A DNA stretch of 64,000 nucleotides from Planctomycetota bacterium (GCA_965223845.1 CBDCXR010000004.1:7264001-7328000); one strand, 5' to 3'. Positions 19,399-29,535 are shown, counted from the stretch's first letter. Numbers and translations are program-made. The notes: generated from the letters alone by a model not told the origin.

Positions 19399-19809
19399 TC
19401 GCGTAGTGAAACCCGTCCGCGCGGTCGGCAGTCGACTGCCAGAGCGATCGCGGTGCGTTCGATTGTCGAATCAGCGGAACGAAGAATCGTCAGTGCGGCC
19501 GCCCGGTCGAGCGACGCCATGGACACGCAGCTCGACGTCACCCGCAACGCGACGGAGCGCACTCTTCGTCACCAGCATCCTGTATGTCGTGGATCTCGGA
19601 AAGAGGGTGAGACCGAGTCGCCGGCCGTACGCCGTCCGCTCGACGGGTAGACCGGCACTCCGAGCCCCGCACCCACACGCCACATCTAACGATCGCGGAC
19701 ACGCGAGCGAACGCTCACCGCATCGGAGACCGAAACGAGAGGATGGAAGAGCGGGGATCTCGAGGCGAGAAGGTGTCCATTGTACCGGGGCACGATGACA
19801 CCTGCAGCC

Positions 19810-19840
19810 AAAAAAAGACCGCCCCCCGCGGGGTCGGCGG
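19810..19840 (-). terminator. Probable intrinsic terminator after gspJ
   Basis: Minus strand CCGCC-gaccccgcgggg-GGCGG followed by TCTTTTTTT, preceded by a second hairpin (gccgtaacccg...cgggttagcggc). Confidence 0.6.
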
Positions 19841-19904
19841 GTGCCGCTAACCCGCACCAGGGAACGGGTTACGGCGCCGTGCGGAGAGGCTCCTCAGGGC
19901 CACT

Positions 19905-21089
19905 CTAACGTCGTCCGGACGGGCTGATCTGGACGCCCGAGCTGCCGCGTCCGCCGCCGAAACGCCCTCCGGCGCTCCCTGGGCCGCGCCCTCCGAACCG
20001 CCCCCCGCCTCGTCCCGGACTCCGGGCGCCCCCATCGCGGCCGCCGCGGCGTGAGAATCTCCCTCCACGCTCGCCGCCGTCACCGGGATTCGTGCTGCTC
20101 AACCCGGTTCGAGTCACGATCGGGTCGTCCCCGTCCGCACCGCCGAATCCGGCGTCGCCGGCCGCGTTCGCGTCTGCGGCCATGCCCTCGACGTCCACCG
20201 CGAGCCGCTGCGATCCGATGAGAGGGATCGTCGCCGCGAAGGTCTTCACCTGCGGCGCGCCGCTCCGGTCGAGGTCGAGCTTGTTCCCCTGCCCGAGAAA
20301 GACGCCGATCTCGATCCGTACGGCGACCGGCACCGCCGTCGGAGGGAGCACGGACGGTTCCTCGTCCTCGGGCGCCACGCCCGGAGCGCTCGCGGCGGCG
20401 TCGGAGACTCGCCCGATGCGACCCTCGCGCTGCTCCGCCATCTCGGTCATGCGGATCTCTTCCTCCTCGATGCGCGCGACGGAATCCCAGTCGTCGTACC
20501 ACATCTCCCCGTCGAAGCAGCTGATGCTGATGTAGCGAATCTTGTCGTAGACCTCGTACGCCACGCCGGTCGACTCGAGCGGGCCGTTTGGATCGAGCTG
20601 CGCCATCTCCTTGCGGAAGAGCGTGTACGCTCGCGCGTCCGTCACGGCGGGATTGTGACGGAGGAAGTAGTGGACGCCCATGATCGTCCGGAGCTCGTAG
20701 ACGACGTTCGTCCCGCCGACCGCCTCCTCGATGGGGGTCGGCTCCGTGGTCGTGAGAAAGAGGATTTCGTCCTGCGCCTCTTCTCCCGAGCCGGTGTCGG
20801 CGATGCGAAAGACGTCGCGCCCGAAATGGCGGAAGTAGGTCCCGGCGAGATCTCGCCGGAAGAGCAACATCACCCCCTCACCGATCTTCTCCGGCTGAAC
20901 GATGCGATCGACCTGGCGGTGCGTGTCGAGGCAGTCGATGATCACGCGGTACGACACCGTCAGCACCGTGAGGAGAAGCGCCATCACGACGACGAGCTCG
21001 ATGAGAGTGAAGCCGATCGCTCGCGCGGCGAACGCTCCGCGAAGCCTCAGCTCGGAAACGACTCTCGGATGTCTCACTCTCACTTTCAC
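19905..21089 (-). CDS. gspJ: T2SS minor pseudopilin GspJ-like, with Gly/Arg-rich tail
   Basis: G|FTLIELVVVMALLLTVL, RRDLAG, FDGEMWYDDWDS, VPVAVRIEI; last gene in the G-H-I-J order; start uncertain. Confidence 0.7.
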   Translation of the reverse strand: MKVRVRHPRVVSELRLRGAFAARAIGFTLIELVVVMALLLTVLTVSYRVIIDCLDTHRQVDRIVQPEKIGEGVMLLFRRDLAGTYFRHFGRDVFRIADTGSGEEAQDEILFLTTTEPTPIEEAVGGTNVVYELRTIMGVHYFLRHNPAVTDARAYTLFRKEMAQLDPNGPLESTGVAYEVYDKIRYISISCFDGEMWYDDWDSVARIEEEEIRMTEMAEQREGRIGRVSDAAASAPGVAPEDEEPSVLPPTAVPVAVRIEIGVFLGQGNKLDLDRSGAPQVKTFAATIPLIGSQRLAVDVEGMAADANAAGDAGFGGADGDDPIVTRTGLSSTNPGDGGERGGRFSRRGGRDGGARSPGRGGGRFGGRGPGSAGGRFGGGRGSSGVQISPSGRR

Positions 21090-21178
21090 TGATTCCTACT
21101 CTTACTCACTCTCACTCTCTTCCTTCATCTTCCTTCGCGTACTTCGCGATCTTCGTGCGAATCCTCTTCTTCTTCCAA

Positions 21179-21787
21179 CTATCGCATCAGATTCGGATCG
21201 CCGTGAAGCGGCGAATACTGCCCTTGGAGGTAGAGCTCTTCCTGCTCGTAGTACCACTGCTCGTCGGGAAACGTCCAGACGACCATCTCGTAGACGGAGT
21301 ACTCGCCGTCGTCGCGAATGAGCTCCCGCGAGCGAAGCCTCGATGCGGCCGTCGAAGTCGAGCTCGCGGTGGATTCCCCGTCTTCGGTCGTCCCTTCGAT
21401 CTTTTGCGGCGTTCGAATCTCGATGCGGTACTCGAGGAGAACTTGCTCGCCGCTCCCGACGAGCTCCGGCGCCGGAATCGTCCACAGCCACTCCGGTCGA
21501 CCCTCCGCCGCGAAGTCTCCGCTCTCCTCCTCGTCGTAGTAGATGCGATCGAAGAGGCGTCGCTGCGCGAGGTCGCGGAGCTCACGCTGCTGCGTAATCT
21601 TGATCGTCCGCACCTTGGAGCGCGAGAGGATGAGCAGCATCGGAAGGAGGAAGCTCGCGAGGATCGTGACCGCGATCACGATCTCGAGCAGCGTGAAGCC
21701 CCGCCGACGATCGAGCGCAGACGGCGCCGCGCCCGGCGACCGAACGAGATTCGAGAGCAGCGAGGCGCGTGGCGGCATACGGTTCAT
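21179..21787 (-). CDS. gspI: T2SS minor pseudopilin GspI-like
   Basis: RRRG|FTLLEIVIAVTILASFLLP; ATGA overlap with the gspH stop at 21784-21787. Confidence 0.7.
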   Translation of the reverse strand: MNRMPPRASLLSNLVRSPGAAPSALDRRRGFTLLEIVIAVTILASFLLPMLLILSRSKVRTIKITQQRELRDLAQRRLFDRIYYDEEESGDFAAEGRPEWLWTIPAPELVGSGEQVLLEYRIEIRTPQKIEGTTEDGESTASSTSTAASRLRSRELIRDDGEYSVYEMVVWTFPDEQWYYEQEELYLQGQYSPLHGDPNLMR

Positions 21788-22389
21788 TCCTCGTACGTCT
21801 GGAATCCGACTTCTTCCGCGGTCTCGTAGAACTCGATGAGGCCAGTGATCGCGTTGCATTTGATCGTGATCACGTGGCCTTCCTGGCCCTCGACGACGAC
21901 GATGTGGCTCCCAGCATTTCCGAGCGGTGAGAACATCAGGTTCACGATGCCCGTTTCGACCGAGTGGCTCCCGGCGAGAATCACCTGCCGGATGCGGACT
22001 CCCGGAGGAAGCGCCGTTTTCGAGAGGAGCTTTCGGTCCTCGATCGGCTGATCGGGATAATCGTCGGGCGCGGGCGGAATGATGCGGTAGACGGACGGCG
22101 GGTCCGATTCCGCGCTCGTCGCCGGGGGAGTGAGATCGTAGTGGATCCCCATCCACTTCCCGCGGGAGATCGCCGTCAGCCGTACGTTCTCCATCGTCGA
22201 GCCGAGGAGTCTCGCCGCCGTGCGCACGCGGTACTTCGGCGTGACGCCGCGGAGGGAGATGAGGCTCATCGAGAAGATGATTCCGAGAATGGAGATGACG
22301 AGAATCAGCTCGAGCAGCGTGAACCCGCGCGCCGCACTCACTCGAGTGCGGCGCCGGACGGATTCGAGACTGAGGAGCGGGTTCGTCAT
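21784..22389 (-). CDS. gspH: T2SS minor pseudopilin GspH/FimT-like
   Basis: ARG|FTLLELILVISILGII, AARLLGSTMENVRLTAI, LMFSPLG. Confidence 0.75.
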   Translation of the reverse strand: MTNPLLSLESVRRRTRVSAARGFTLLELILVISILGIIFSMSLISLRGVTPKYRVRTAARLLGSTMENVRLTAISRGKWMGIHYDLTPPATSAESDPPSVYRIIPPAPDDYPDQPIEDRKLLSKTALPPGVRIRQVILAGSHSVETGIVNLMFSPLGNAGSHIVVVEGQEGHVITIKCNAITGLIEFYETAEEVGFQTYEE

Positions 22390-22437
22390 TCGCTCGGACC
22401 TTCGCTGCCGCGAGCGCGCGGCAGGGCGGGGACGCGA

Positions 22438-22899
22438 TCAGAAGTCGGCGCCGGCTTCGCGGTCGGGCCGGATGATGTCGGCGTTGTCCTTCTCCCCACC
22501 GGGCTCGCCGTCGGCGCCGTAGCAGGTGACGACGGGGCCGTCGTCGAGGATTTCGTAGACGTACTCGTTCCCCCAGGGGTCCTTCGGATACTCGTCGAGC
22601 GTCGCCGAGTAGCTTCGTCCCTCGGGATCCTTGGCATCGATCATGTCTTCGATCGACTCCGGGTAGCGCCCGCTCTCCGTGTAGATCGCCTCGGCGACCC
22701 GCAGAATCGCTTCGATGTCCGCGGTCGCGGTCGTCACGCGGCTCTTACCGACGAACCCGGACGTCCTCACGACGACCATGCTCGCGATGATGCCGATGAT
22801 CGTGATCACGACGATGAGCTCGAGTAGCGTAAATCCGGCGGTCGCCGACCGATCTCGATCGAGACGGCGGAGCCGCGGTAGGAGGGTGGAACGTGTCAT
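22438..22899 (-). CDS. gspG: T2SS major pseudopilin GspG
   Basis: G|FTLLELIVVITIIGIIASMVV, GRYP, PKDPWGNEYVY, YGADGEPGGEKDNADI. Confidence 0.9.
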   Translation of the reverse strand: MTRSTLLPRLRRLDRDRSATAGFTLLELIVVITIIGIIASMVVVRTSGFVGKSRVTTATADIEAILRVAEAIYTESGRYPESIEDMIDAKDPEGRSYSATLDEYPKDPWGNEYVYEILDDGPVVTCYGADGEPGGEKDNADIIRPDREAGADF

Positions 22900-22920
22900 G
22901 GGTGAGGTCCTCTCTTCTTA

Positions 22921-23098
22921 GACAGTGTCAGAAAATCACTGAGCCGATTCGCATCCGGCTTCACGCGGCGTTCGGTCGCTTCCCGGCCGGGGATTCCTCG
23001 GCGTAGCGCTGCTCCGCCTCCGGATCCGCCCCGTCGTTCGCGACCCGATCTGGCGCAAATCCGATCACCTTTCGGCTGGGTGATTCTCTGACACTACC
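22921..23098. mobile_element. Putative 178-bp MITE with terminal inverted repeats and TTA target duplication
   Basis: AGTGTCAGAAAATCAC (22924-22939) matches the reverse complement of 23080-23095 (AGTGTCAGAGAATCAC) at 15/16, with inner AGCCGA/TCGGCT. TTA occurs at 22918-22920 and 23099-23101. Confidence 0.55.
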
Positions 23099-23272
23099 TT
23101 AGCCATTTCCCGTCTGCCATTTCTTGCGATTCGACGCCGCTCGTTCGCGCGTCGCCTCGCTTCGATTCGCCCCCGGCGCGGGCGCCGGACAACGGCGTCA
23201 CGCTTGGAATTCTTCATCTTAGGGCCGGCCCTCGTCACCCTCAAGCGGTGCGGGAGTGCCGACCCGAATCGG

Positions 23273-24511
23273 TCAGATGCCCGAGAAGTCGAGCAGGGGA
23301 AGCAGCACGGCCGAGATGATGAACCCGACAACCACCGCGAGCACGATGATGATGATCGGCTCGATCGCTGCCGTGAGCTTCTGGATCGCAAAGTCGAGCT
23401 CTTCTTCGTAGCTCTCCGAGAGCCGGTCGAGGATCTCCTCGAGCTGACCGCTCTGCTCGCCGACGGAAACCATGTATCCGACCATCGGCGGAAAGATCTT
23501 CGAGCGCTTGATCGGAGTCGCGATGTCCGCACCCTCGAGGATGCGCCCATGAATGTCGTTGATCACCTTGGTGAGGCGCGCGTTGTTGACGACCAGCGCG
23601 ACGATCTTGAGCGCGTCGAGCGCCGGGAGGCCGCTTTTCAGAAGCGTCGCGAAGGTCATCGCGAAGCGCGAGATCGCCTGCTTCGAGAACAGATTCCCGA
23701 AGAGGGGCATGCGGAGCAGCATCGTGTCGAATTTGAGCCTTCCCGCGTCCGTCGCCACGATCGCCTTCACGAAAAAGAAGAGCGCGGCGACGCCGATGAA
23801 CATGATCCACCAGTAGTCCGCCATAAAATCGGAGATCCCGACGAGGATCTCGGTGACGAACGGGAGCGGCTGATTCCGGTCCTTGAGCACTTGCGTGATG
23901 CGGGGGACGACGTACGACATGAGGAAGATCACGACGCCCGTTCCCACTACGACCATGATCAGCGGGTAGGTGATCGCCGCCATCACCTTGCCCTTGAGGC
24001 TCGCTTGCTTCTGTACGTACTCGGCGAGCTGGCTGAGGACGGTGTCGAGATTTCCACTCGCTTCGCCCGCCCGCACCATGTTGACGTACAGATCGGAGAA
24101 ATAGCGCGGGTGCTTCGCGAGCGCCTCGGCGAGATTGTTTCCCGTTGTGATCTCTTCCTTGACGTTTCGGAGAACCTGCTCGAAGTGTCGGTCGACACAC
24201 TGCTCGACCAGCGCGCGCAGGGCGTCGGCAAGCTGAATTCCGCTCCGGAGAAGCGTCGAGAACTGCCGCGTGAACGTCGCGAGGTCACGGCTGCTGATTC
24301 CTCGCTCGAGGGTGAGATCGAGCGAAAGCTTGCCCGACTTGCCCTTGGCGCCGCGTGACTTCTTGCCCTTCTTCGCGGCTTGCCAGATCTCGGTGACGAG
24401 AACCTTGTCCCGGCGGAGCTTGTTTCGGGCATCCTTCGCGGTATCCGCGTCGATGATGCCCTTCGTCGCCTTGCCGGCGTGGGTGAGCGCTTTGTACTCG
24501 TAAACCGGCAT
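23273..24511 (-). CDS. gspF: T2SS inner-membrane platform protein GspF
   Basis: MPVYEYKAL, FTRQFSTLLRSGI, YVNMVRAGEASGNL, AITYP, VGEQSGQLEEIL, AIEPIII. Confidence 0.93.
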   Translation of the reverse strand: MPVYEYKALTHAGKATKGIIDADTAKDARNKLRRDKVLVTEIWQAAKKGKKSRGAKGKSGKLSLDLTLERGISSRDLATFTRQFSTLLRSGIQLADALRALVEQCVDRHFEQVLRNVKEEITTGNNLAEALAKHPRYFSDLYVNMVRAGEASGNLDTVLSQLAEYVQKQASLKGKVMAAITYPLIMVVVGTGVVIFLMSYVVPRITQVLKDRNQPLPFVTEILVGISDFMADYWWIMFIGVAALFFFVKAIVATDAGRLKFDTMLLRMPLFGNLFSKQAISRFAMTFATLLKSGLPALDALKIVALVVNNARLTKVINDIHGRILEGADIATPIKRSKIFPPMVGYMVSVGEQSGQLEEILDRLSESYEEELDFAIQKLTAAIEPIIIIVLAVVVGFIISAVLLPLLDFSGI

Positions 24512-24515
24512 CGGG

Positions 24516-26216
24516 TCAGAACACGTCGAGCTGGGTGACGCGGAAGACCTCTTCGATGGTCGTCCGGCCTTCGACCACGCGGCGCGCTCCGTCCATCCGC
24601 AGCGTTTGGAGACCGCGCTGGACCGCCGACTGCTTCATGACCGAGCCGCTCGTCCGCGTGATGATCTGATCGCGCGCCTCTTCGTCGATCTCGAAGATCT
24701 CGTAGATCGCCGTTCGATCGAAGAGCCCGCGGCCGAGACAGTTCTCACAGCCGCGGCCGCGCCACAGCTGACCGTCTTCGAGAATGTCGCGCGTCACGCC
24801 GAGCTCGCTCAGCTGCGCGTCGGTCGGCACGTAGGCTTCCTTACAGTACGGGCAGATGAGGCGCACGAGACGCTGGGCGATCACCGCGATCACCGCGGAC
24901 GCGGTGAGGTACGGCTCGACGCCGAGGTTGATCATTCGGCTGATGGCACCCGTCGAGTCGTTGGTGTGGAGGGTGGAGAACACGAGGTGACCCGTATTCG
25001 CCGCCTGAACGGCGATGCCGGCGGTCTCTCCATCGCGGATCTCACCGACCATCATGACGTCGGGGTCTTGCCGCATGAGCGAGCGGAGACCCGATGCGAA
25101 CGTGAGGCCCTTCTTGTTCGACACCTGGATCTGGCTGATGCCGTCGATGTTGTATTCGATCGGGTCCTCGATCGTGATGACGTTCTTCTCCTGCGAGTCG
25201 ATCTCGGCGAGCGCGGCGTAGAGCGTCGTCGTCTTACCGCTTCCGGTCGGACCCGTGATGAGAATGATCCCGTGCGAGTAGTTGATCAGACGGCCCATCT
25301 TCTCGAGCGCCTGATCGCTGAGGCCGATCTCGTTCAGGCGGTAGAGGCGCGCGCTCTTGTCGAGAAGTCGGAACACGACGCGCTCGCCGCTCGACGTCGG
25401 CACGGTGGAAATACGGACGTCGACTTCACCGTCGCCGACCTTGATCGTCGTCCGGCCGTCCTGCGGGAGGCGCCGTTCGGCGATGTCCATCTTCCCCATG
25501 ACCTTGACGCGGCTGATGATCGCGTCCTGGAACTTCTTCGGGATGACCTTCGCCTCGTAGAGGATGCCGTCGATTCGGTAGCGCACCTGCAGCCGGTCCA
25601 CGTACGGCTGGAGATGAATATCGCTCGCCCGAATCTTGAGCGCCTCGAAGAGGATCGTATTCATCAACTTGATGATCGGCGGCTTGTTCGCGATATCGAG
25701 GACGTCCTCCGACTCGTCCACGATCTTCGTGAGGCTGATCATGTCGTCTTCTTCGATGCCGTCGAGCAGCTCTTCGACATCCGTCGACGCGCGTTGATAC
25801 GCCTTGTTGATGAGGGACGTGATCTGTGCGCGCGGTGAGAGAATCGGCACGATCGTCGCCGACAGCATGCTCGAGAGCTCGTCCATCGGATGGATATCGA
25901 GCGGATCGCAGGTTGCGACCTCGAAGGTGCCGTTCTCGCGACGGAGTCCGATCAGGTTGTAGTTTCGCGCGAAGTGGGACGGAACGCGCTGCGTGAACTC
26001 CTTGGGGACTTCCACCGCTTCGAGGTCGTTCTCGATGTCGAGACGGAGAGTTCGTCCGAGCGACTCGAGGAGATCGTTCTCGGAGACGTACCCCTTCGAG
26101 CGAAGAACGCGATCGAGCGGTTCGCCGGTCTCGCGGCTGATGTCCTGACAGTCTTCGAGCTGCTTTTCGTCGAGGAGTCCCTCGTCGATGAGAGTCTGAA
26201 AGATGCTGAGCTTCAT
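24516..26216 (-). CDS. gspE: T2SS ATPase GspE
   Basis: ASDIHLQP, DIAERRLPQDGR, Walker A GPTGSGKTTTLY, IEDPIEY, RQDPDVMMVGEIRD, TGHLVFSTLHTND, CPYC and GCENC zinc motif. Confidence 0.95.
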   Translation of the reverse strand: MKLSIFQTLIDEGLLDEKQLEDCQDISRETGEPLDRVLRSKGYVSENDLLESLGRTLRLDIENDLEAVEVPKEFTQRVPSHFARNYNLIGLRRENGTFEVATCDPLDIHPMDELSSMLSATIVPILSPRAQITSLINKAYQRASTDVEELLDGIEEDDMISLTKIVDESEDVLDIANKPPIIKLMNTILFEALKIRASDIHLQPYVDRLQVRYRIDGILYEAKVIPKKFQDAIISRVKVMGKMDIAERRLPQDGRTTIKVGDGEVDVRISTVPTSSGERVVFRLLDKSARLYRLNEIGLSDQALEKMGRLINYSHGIILITGPTGSGKTTTLYAALAEIDSQEKNVITIEDPIEYNIDGISQIQVSNKKGLTFASGLRSLMRQDPDVMMVGEIRDGETAGIAVQAANTGHLVFSTLHTNDSTGAISRMINLGVEPYLTASAVIAVIAQRLVRLICPYCKEAYVPTDAQLSELGVTRDILEDGQLWRGRGCENCLGRGLFDRTAIYEIFEIDEEARDQIITRTSGSVMKQSAVQRGLQTLRMDGARRVVEGRTTIEEVFRVTQLDVF

Positions 26217-26300
26217 GCGGGTGCCTCCCCGCGCGGGGGAGGCCCTCCCTGGCGATCGAAATCTCGCGCGGGCCGCGTGGAGCGGCCCGGTCCGGTCAGT

Positions 26301-28988
26301 CTAGTTCGACGGCTTGAGCGGCGGGAGCCAACCGTCGCGGGCGGAGTCGACCTCGGCTCCGGTGCCCTCGAGCGCTCTCTCGAGGCGTCCGGCCTCGCCC
26401 GTCGGCTCCTCCACTTCGGCCTCCGGCGGCGTCGGTCGCGTCGGCCGCGGGCTCACCGGATCGTCGAGGCTCGGTCGCGTCGGCGCGGGCTCGTCGTCGT
26501 CGTCCGGTAGGCCGACGCCGCCGGCGGGCGTCGCCTCGGGGAAAGAGCGTCGCGGGATGGGCGGCGTAGCGCCGGGTGGGCCGTTCGGATCGTTCTCGTA
26601 GCGTTCGCGCTCCCGGCGGAAGTACCCCGAGCGGTCGAGCGGACGCCGGACGCCCTGCGGCCGGAGGTCGAACGACCCGGGCGCGTCGGGATCGAGACGC
26701 GGCGGCGGCGGATCCTGGACTGTCGGCTCGGCGAAGTTCGTCGGCTCGAGATCCTCGGCGAAGCGCTGGACGAAGCCTCGCGCTTGGTCGGTGATCTCGA
26801 AGTGGTCGGCGAAGTTCGGATGCGTGAGCACGTGAGCGCGGAGGAAAATGTAGAGATTCGACAAGCTCTTCGACGACGCTTCCGACCGGAAGGCCTTCCC
26901 GATGAGCGGGATGTCGCCGAGGATCGGCACCTTCGATACCGTCTTCGACTTATTCTCGCGGGTGAGCCCGCCGATGACGAACAATTGGCCGTCGGGAACG
27001 GTCACCGCGGACGTGATCGTGTTGGTGAGCTTCGGCGGGAGGACCTGCGCGGTCGCGGCCTGCGCCGAGAACTCCGAGACCTCGAGCGACATCTCGAGGA
27101 ACACCGCCTGCTCCGAGCTGATCGTCGGCGTGATCTCGAGGACGATACCGGCGTCCTCGGCTTCCTGCGACGAAGTCTGACCCGCGGCGGTGGTCGCCGT
27201 CGTTTGCACGAACTGCGTCTCCAGGATCTGGATCAAGTTCGGCATGTTGTCGTCGGCGAGGATGAACGGCGTCGCGAGAACCTGCGTGTCGCTGTTCGCC
27301 TTGAAGAAGCGGATCAGCGCCGGGAACTTTCCCCGGTTCATCACCGCGAGGAGGGCGCCCGACGGCACCGCCTGCGGATTCGAGAGGTCCGGAATCACGC
27401 GGTTGAAGTTCTCGAGATCGATACCGGAGAGGCCGAAGCTCGACTCGACGAGCGCGCGAGTCGCGCGATCGTCCGGGTTTCCGGCGAGAAGCTCGATCGT
27501 GTAGTTGAGCGAGCTGCTCGACGTCACCTGAACGAGGGCGGCTTCGAGGAAGACCTGCCGCCGCTTCGTGTCGATCTCGCGAAGAACGTTGATGATCTCT
27601 GCGTAGTCCTCGGGTTCCGCCTGGACGAGGAGAGAGTTCGTTTGGATGTGGGGGACGATGAGCGCCGGTCCACCCTGCGCGGCCGGTCCTCCGCCCGCCG
27701 CACCCGGCGCGGCCTGCGCCGGCGAACGGGCCTGCGACTGACCGATCCGCGAGACGCCGCGCGTCCGGCCGGCACCCGTGCCGCGGCTGAGCGTCCGGCT
27801 GCCGGAGCGCGTGCCCCCGCTCGCGCCGAGGAGGCTCTGGAGATCCGCGGCGACTTCGTCCGCCTTGAGGTATCGCACCTGGTAGATGTGCGTTTTCATC
27901 CGGTGCATCTCGTAGCGGACGTCCAGCTCGCGAATGAGCATGAAGATGTCTTCGAGATCGCGTTCGTCGTAGGTCTCGATAATGATCTTGTTCGTTCGCG
28001 GGTCGGCGATGAGCTGCGTCTCGAGATCGTCTCCCGATCGACGGGTCGACACGCTCGATGGCCGCGCCCCTCCCGATCCGGCGGGGCGAGCGACACTTCC
28101 TCCCGTCCGACGGCCGAGGCGTCCCTGCTCGAGGAAGCTCTCGATGGTCGCGACGAGCTCGTCGGCGTACGCGTACTCGATGTCGACGATTTCCACGATG
28201 CGATCCGATTCGGGCACGGGAACATCGATGATGCTGAGCAGCTTCCGGAAGTAATTGATCAGTCCAAACTTCGCCGTGATGATCACGATCTTCGTGTTCG
28301 GCACCTCGACGAGGCTGAACCCGGACTGCCGCGCCTTCGCCGCGCTCGAGCCGCCGAGGAGCTTCGTCAGCGAATCGATCGCGTCCTTCGGTTCGACGTG
28401 GCGGAGGTGAAACACCATCGTCGCGAGCTGATCTTGCTCGAGACCGAGTTGATCGACATCGCCGACCTCGTCCGTGATCTTCCTCACGCGTGACTGATCG
28501 ACGTCGAGGATCGGCATTTCGTTCTGCGCTTCTCCTCCCGTCGCCGGAGCGGTCAAGCTGGTCACCTTGATGACCTGCCGTCCGTTCCCGAGCTCCTCGA
28601 TGTTTACCTCCATGCGGTTCGAGCGGAGGAGGGCCTTCACGATCTCGTCGTCGGCGTCGCGGATCGGCGCGGCGATCGTGATCGGCTTCATGTTCGCGAG
28701 CTGGGTCGAATCGACGAACACGGGGAGTCCGGTGTACGCCGACAAGAAGCGGAGGAATTCGAGGACCTCGATCTCGCCTTCGCTGATATTCACCCGGTCG
28801 CCGGGCTCGAACCCCTCGATCGGGGGAATCTGCTGGAGGTCGCCGTCGGCGGGACCGATGCCGCCGTCTCCAGCGGGCTGCTCCTGCGCGATGCCGAGCG
28901 GTATCGCCGTGAAGGCGGCGAGTAGGGCGGCGATCACGACTTTGCGGTTGTCGCGCACGGGGGCGACCGATACGTCATCCCGTCTCAT
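26301..28988 (-). CDS. gspD: T2SS secretin GspD with Pro-rich C-terminal tail
   Basis: Signal peptide, NolW-like repeats (ADPRTNKIII, HIQTNSLLVQA), RRQVFLEAALVQV, GIVLEITPTI, KVPILGDIPLIGKAFRS. Start set at ATG 28988. Confidence 0.88.
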   Translation of the reverse strand: MRRDDVSVAPVRDNRKVVIAALLAAFTAIPLGIAQEQPAGDGGIGPADGDLQQIPPIEGFEPGDRVNISEGEIEVLEFLRFLSAYTGLPVFVDSTQLANMKPITIAAPIRDADDEIVKALLRSNRMEVNIEELGNGRQVIKVTSLTAPATGGEAQNEMPILDVDQSRVRKITDEVGDVDQLGLEQDQLATMVFHLRHVEPKDAIDSLTKLLGGSSAAKARQSGFSLVEVPNTKIVIITAKFGLINYFRKLLSIIDVPVPESDRIVEIVDIEYAYADELVATIESFLEQGRLGRRTGGSVARPAGSGGARPSSVSTRRSGDDLETQLIADPRTNKIIIETYDERDLEDIFMLIRELDVRYEMHRMKTHIYQVRYLKADEVAADLQSLLGASGGTRSGSRTLSRGTGAGRTRGVSRIGQSQARSPAQAAPGAAGGGPAAQGGPALIVPHIQTNSLLVQAEPEDYAEIINVLREIDTKRRQVFLEAALVQVTSSSSLNYTIELLAGNPDDRATRALVESSFGLSGIDLENFNRVIPDLSNPQAVPSGALLAVMNRGKFPALIRFFKANSDTQVLATPFILADDNMPNLIQILETQFVQTTATTAAGQTSSQEAEDAGIVLEITPTISSEQAVFLEMSLEVSEFSAQAATAQVLPPKLTNTITSAVTVPDGQLFVIGGLTRENKSKTVSKVPILGDIPLIGKAFRSEASSKSLSNLYIFLRAHVLTHPNFADHFEITDQARGFVQRFAEDLEPTNFAEPTVQDPPPPRLDPDAPGSFDLRPQGVRRPLDRSGYFRRERERYENDPNGPPGATPPIPRRSFPEATPAGGVGLPDDDDEPAPTRPSLDDPVSPRPTRPTPPEAEVEEPTGEAGRLERALEGTGAEVDSARDGWLPPLKPSN

Positions 28989-29092
28989 GGATTCTGAAAA
29001 CTCCCGACAGACAGCCGTCCTCTCGCCGACCAAAACTCAAGTCTTCACCGGGTCGTCGGCGTCCGGAGTCGGACGCGTCGGGAGGGCGAAGG

Positions 29093-29108
29093 AGCAAAGG
29101 CGGGGCCA
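29093..29108 (-). promoter_or_regulatory. Sigma54 -24/-12 promoter of the gspD-E-F operon
   Basis: Minus strand TGGCCCCGCCTTTGCT (TGGC-N7-TTGCT, exact GG-N10-GC spacing), about 105 bp upstream of gspD. Confidence 0.65.
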
Positions 29109-29535
29109 AAGCGAGAGACTACGCGCTGACGCTCGTTAACTTGCTGTGGATTGAAGTCTTATGCTGGTTCCGGTAGGCCTGCCGGTCACCTGAGGCGGCG
29201 ACGGGCGCGGGCGACCGAGCTGAGTTCCACCGACGGCAGGTTTGAAAACCATACACACCGAGCGGGGGCGATCAGACCGTTTGCGTCTAGACCGCTCCCG
29301 TCTAGTCGATCGGCAGATCCGAGCGCCTTACTGGACTCTTTGTGGAGAGCTCACCCACCCGTGCGATGAGATTGAGGGCGCGGGGCCGATGCCGGGAAGC
29401 GATCGGGCCGCCGCGGCTCTTCGGCCGGGTTGGCGGTGGAGAGAAGCGCCGCATCTTATCGGCACTCCTCGGAGCGCCGGAGGAAAAAACCCCGGCGGCG
29501 AGCCCGCGTTTCGGCGCTCGGTCGGGCCCGGTGGT

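Noticed and set aside
21060-21130. CT-rich tract as a phase-variable simple repeat in gspJ
   Set aside because: The units are imperfect and the tract is better explained as part of the dispersed repeat also seen near 61800.
26040-26216. MshEN c-di-GMP-binding motif in the GspE N-terminus
   Set aside because: The helical pattern is present, but both RLG signatures are replaced (SIF and PLD), so binding is not supported.
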